Origin: Trichosphaerium sp. ATCC 40318
Lineage: Eukaryota > Protista > Tubulinea
Assembly (NCBI GenBank): GCA_038496445.1
Contig: JALMLS010000174.1
Coordinates: 1-64,000 of the forward strand
Direction: 5' to 3'
DNA length: 64,000 bases
Of this stretch, positions 63,082-64,000 are shown in pieces. Each line of letters begins with the position of its first letter. Position 1 is the first letter of the stretch. The notes beneath the pieces are model-generated. The model ran no database searches. It was not told the origin of the DNA and worked only from the letters and a program-made list of their open reading frames with translations. The translations under genes were made by a program, and so were the position numbers.

Positions 63082-64000
63082 ATGGCTTTAAAACGCAAGC
63101 AGGTGCGTATTTCTTTCGTATTAGCTATGAAACACTAACAATAAATAGAATATTGCGAAAGATGGTACATGCGCCTTTGTACGCACAATAATGCATCTCC
63201 CGGCGGAACTACACAAGGAAATAGTGCATTTAGACCCCAAATCGTTTATTTCATGGCCACTGCTCTCTAAACAAACTGCTAGAATGCGATTTAACGACTC
63301 GTTAAGAAAACATGGCATTTGGCAGGCGTACAGTCTAAAACAAGGGATTTATATTCTCAAAAAGAAACAGACTTTCAAAAACGGAAAAAAGGAAGGAGAA
63401 TGTTTGTGCTTCTATGAAGAACCAGGGCAACTTCACTCCAAGTCTCGGTATGTCAACGATAAACTTCATGGAGAGTACAACGAGTGGTATGAGGATGGTA
63501 AATTACTAGCACAGGCAAGTTACGTTAAAGGTAAACACGAGGGTGAGTGTAAGTCTTGGCATGATAATGGTAAATTATCAATGTGCTGCGATTATGTCAA
63601 CGGTAAACTAGAAGGAGAGTTCAAGACTTTTTATTTTGATGGTCCAATCTTTGAGCTATGTATTCTTGTCAATGGTATACAAGAGGGTGTTTGTAAGTCG
63701 TGGCATGCAAACGGTGAATTAATGGAGGAGTTCAATTATGTCAATGATGAACGAGAAGGAGAGTGTAAATCATGGCGTGAGAATGGTAATATTTGGGAAC
63801 AGTATAATTATGTCAATGGTAAACGACATGGAGAATACAAGTTATGGCACGATGATAATCAGTTGCAGGAACAAGGTAGTTATGTCAACGGTAAAAGAGA
63901 CGGAGAATACAAAATATGGCATTATACAGGTCAAATCTGGCAACAAGGAATGTATGTCAATGGTAAACATGAAGGAGAGTTTAAGGAGTGGTATATGAAT
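63082..64000 (+). CDS. F-box-like + MORN-variant repeat protein, runs off window end
   Basis: MALKRKQ, intron 63103-63148, then an open frame IMHLPAELHKEIVH.. with >=9 24-aa repeats YVNGK.(H/E/D)GE.K.W..NG. Frame missed by the ORF track. Confidence 0.85.

Noticed and set aside
63738-63998. ORF MSMMNEKESV..
   Set aside because: Wrong frame; the MORN-repeat frame is open to the window end.

Overview
Compact, intron-rich eukaryotic genomic DNA. Introns are mostly ~45-110 nt, donors are near GTACGT/GTAAGT and branch sites are CTAAC/CTGAC-like. It is most likely from a non-opisthokont protist, probably an amoebozoan; this is inferred from a mitochondrial-type gamma-carbonic anhydrase, a hybrid histidine kinase, a RasGEF and a Sib/integrin-beta-like receptor tail. 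About 24 spliced protein genes are recognisable. Trafficking and membrane genes: a DRP1-type dynamin, TRAPPC10, a TBC1D8/9-like protein, CHMP1, LMBRD2, MRS2, a PUB protein and a mucin-stalked type I membrane protein. RNA and chromatin genes: DCP1, CWF19L1, symplekin, RIF1 and a Lcp5/NGDN protein that also carries a Sas10 C-terminal domain. Others: two F-box-like/MORN-repeat paralogs, RasGEF, histidine kinase, acyl-CoA carboxylase alpha, SERF, gamma-CA and small membrane proteins. An ~8 kb transposon island (~18.2-26.3 kb) lies between the convergent DCP1 and CWF19L1 genes. It holds one recent 5'-truncated L1/Tx1-like LINE with poly(A) and a 15-bp TSD, several decayed copies of the same LINE, and three related families of TA-targeting CAGT...ACTG non-autonomous elements built from CpG-rich tandem repeats. 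These elements repeatedly sit inside or beside the LINE copies, and older copies show systematic CpG->TpG/CpA decay. All gene models were assembled by eye, so exon boundaries and start codons are provisional.
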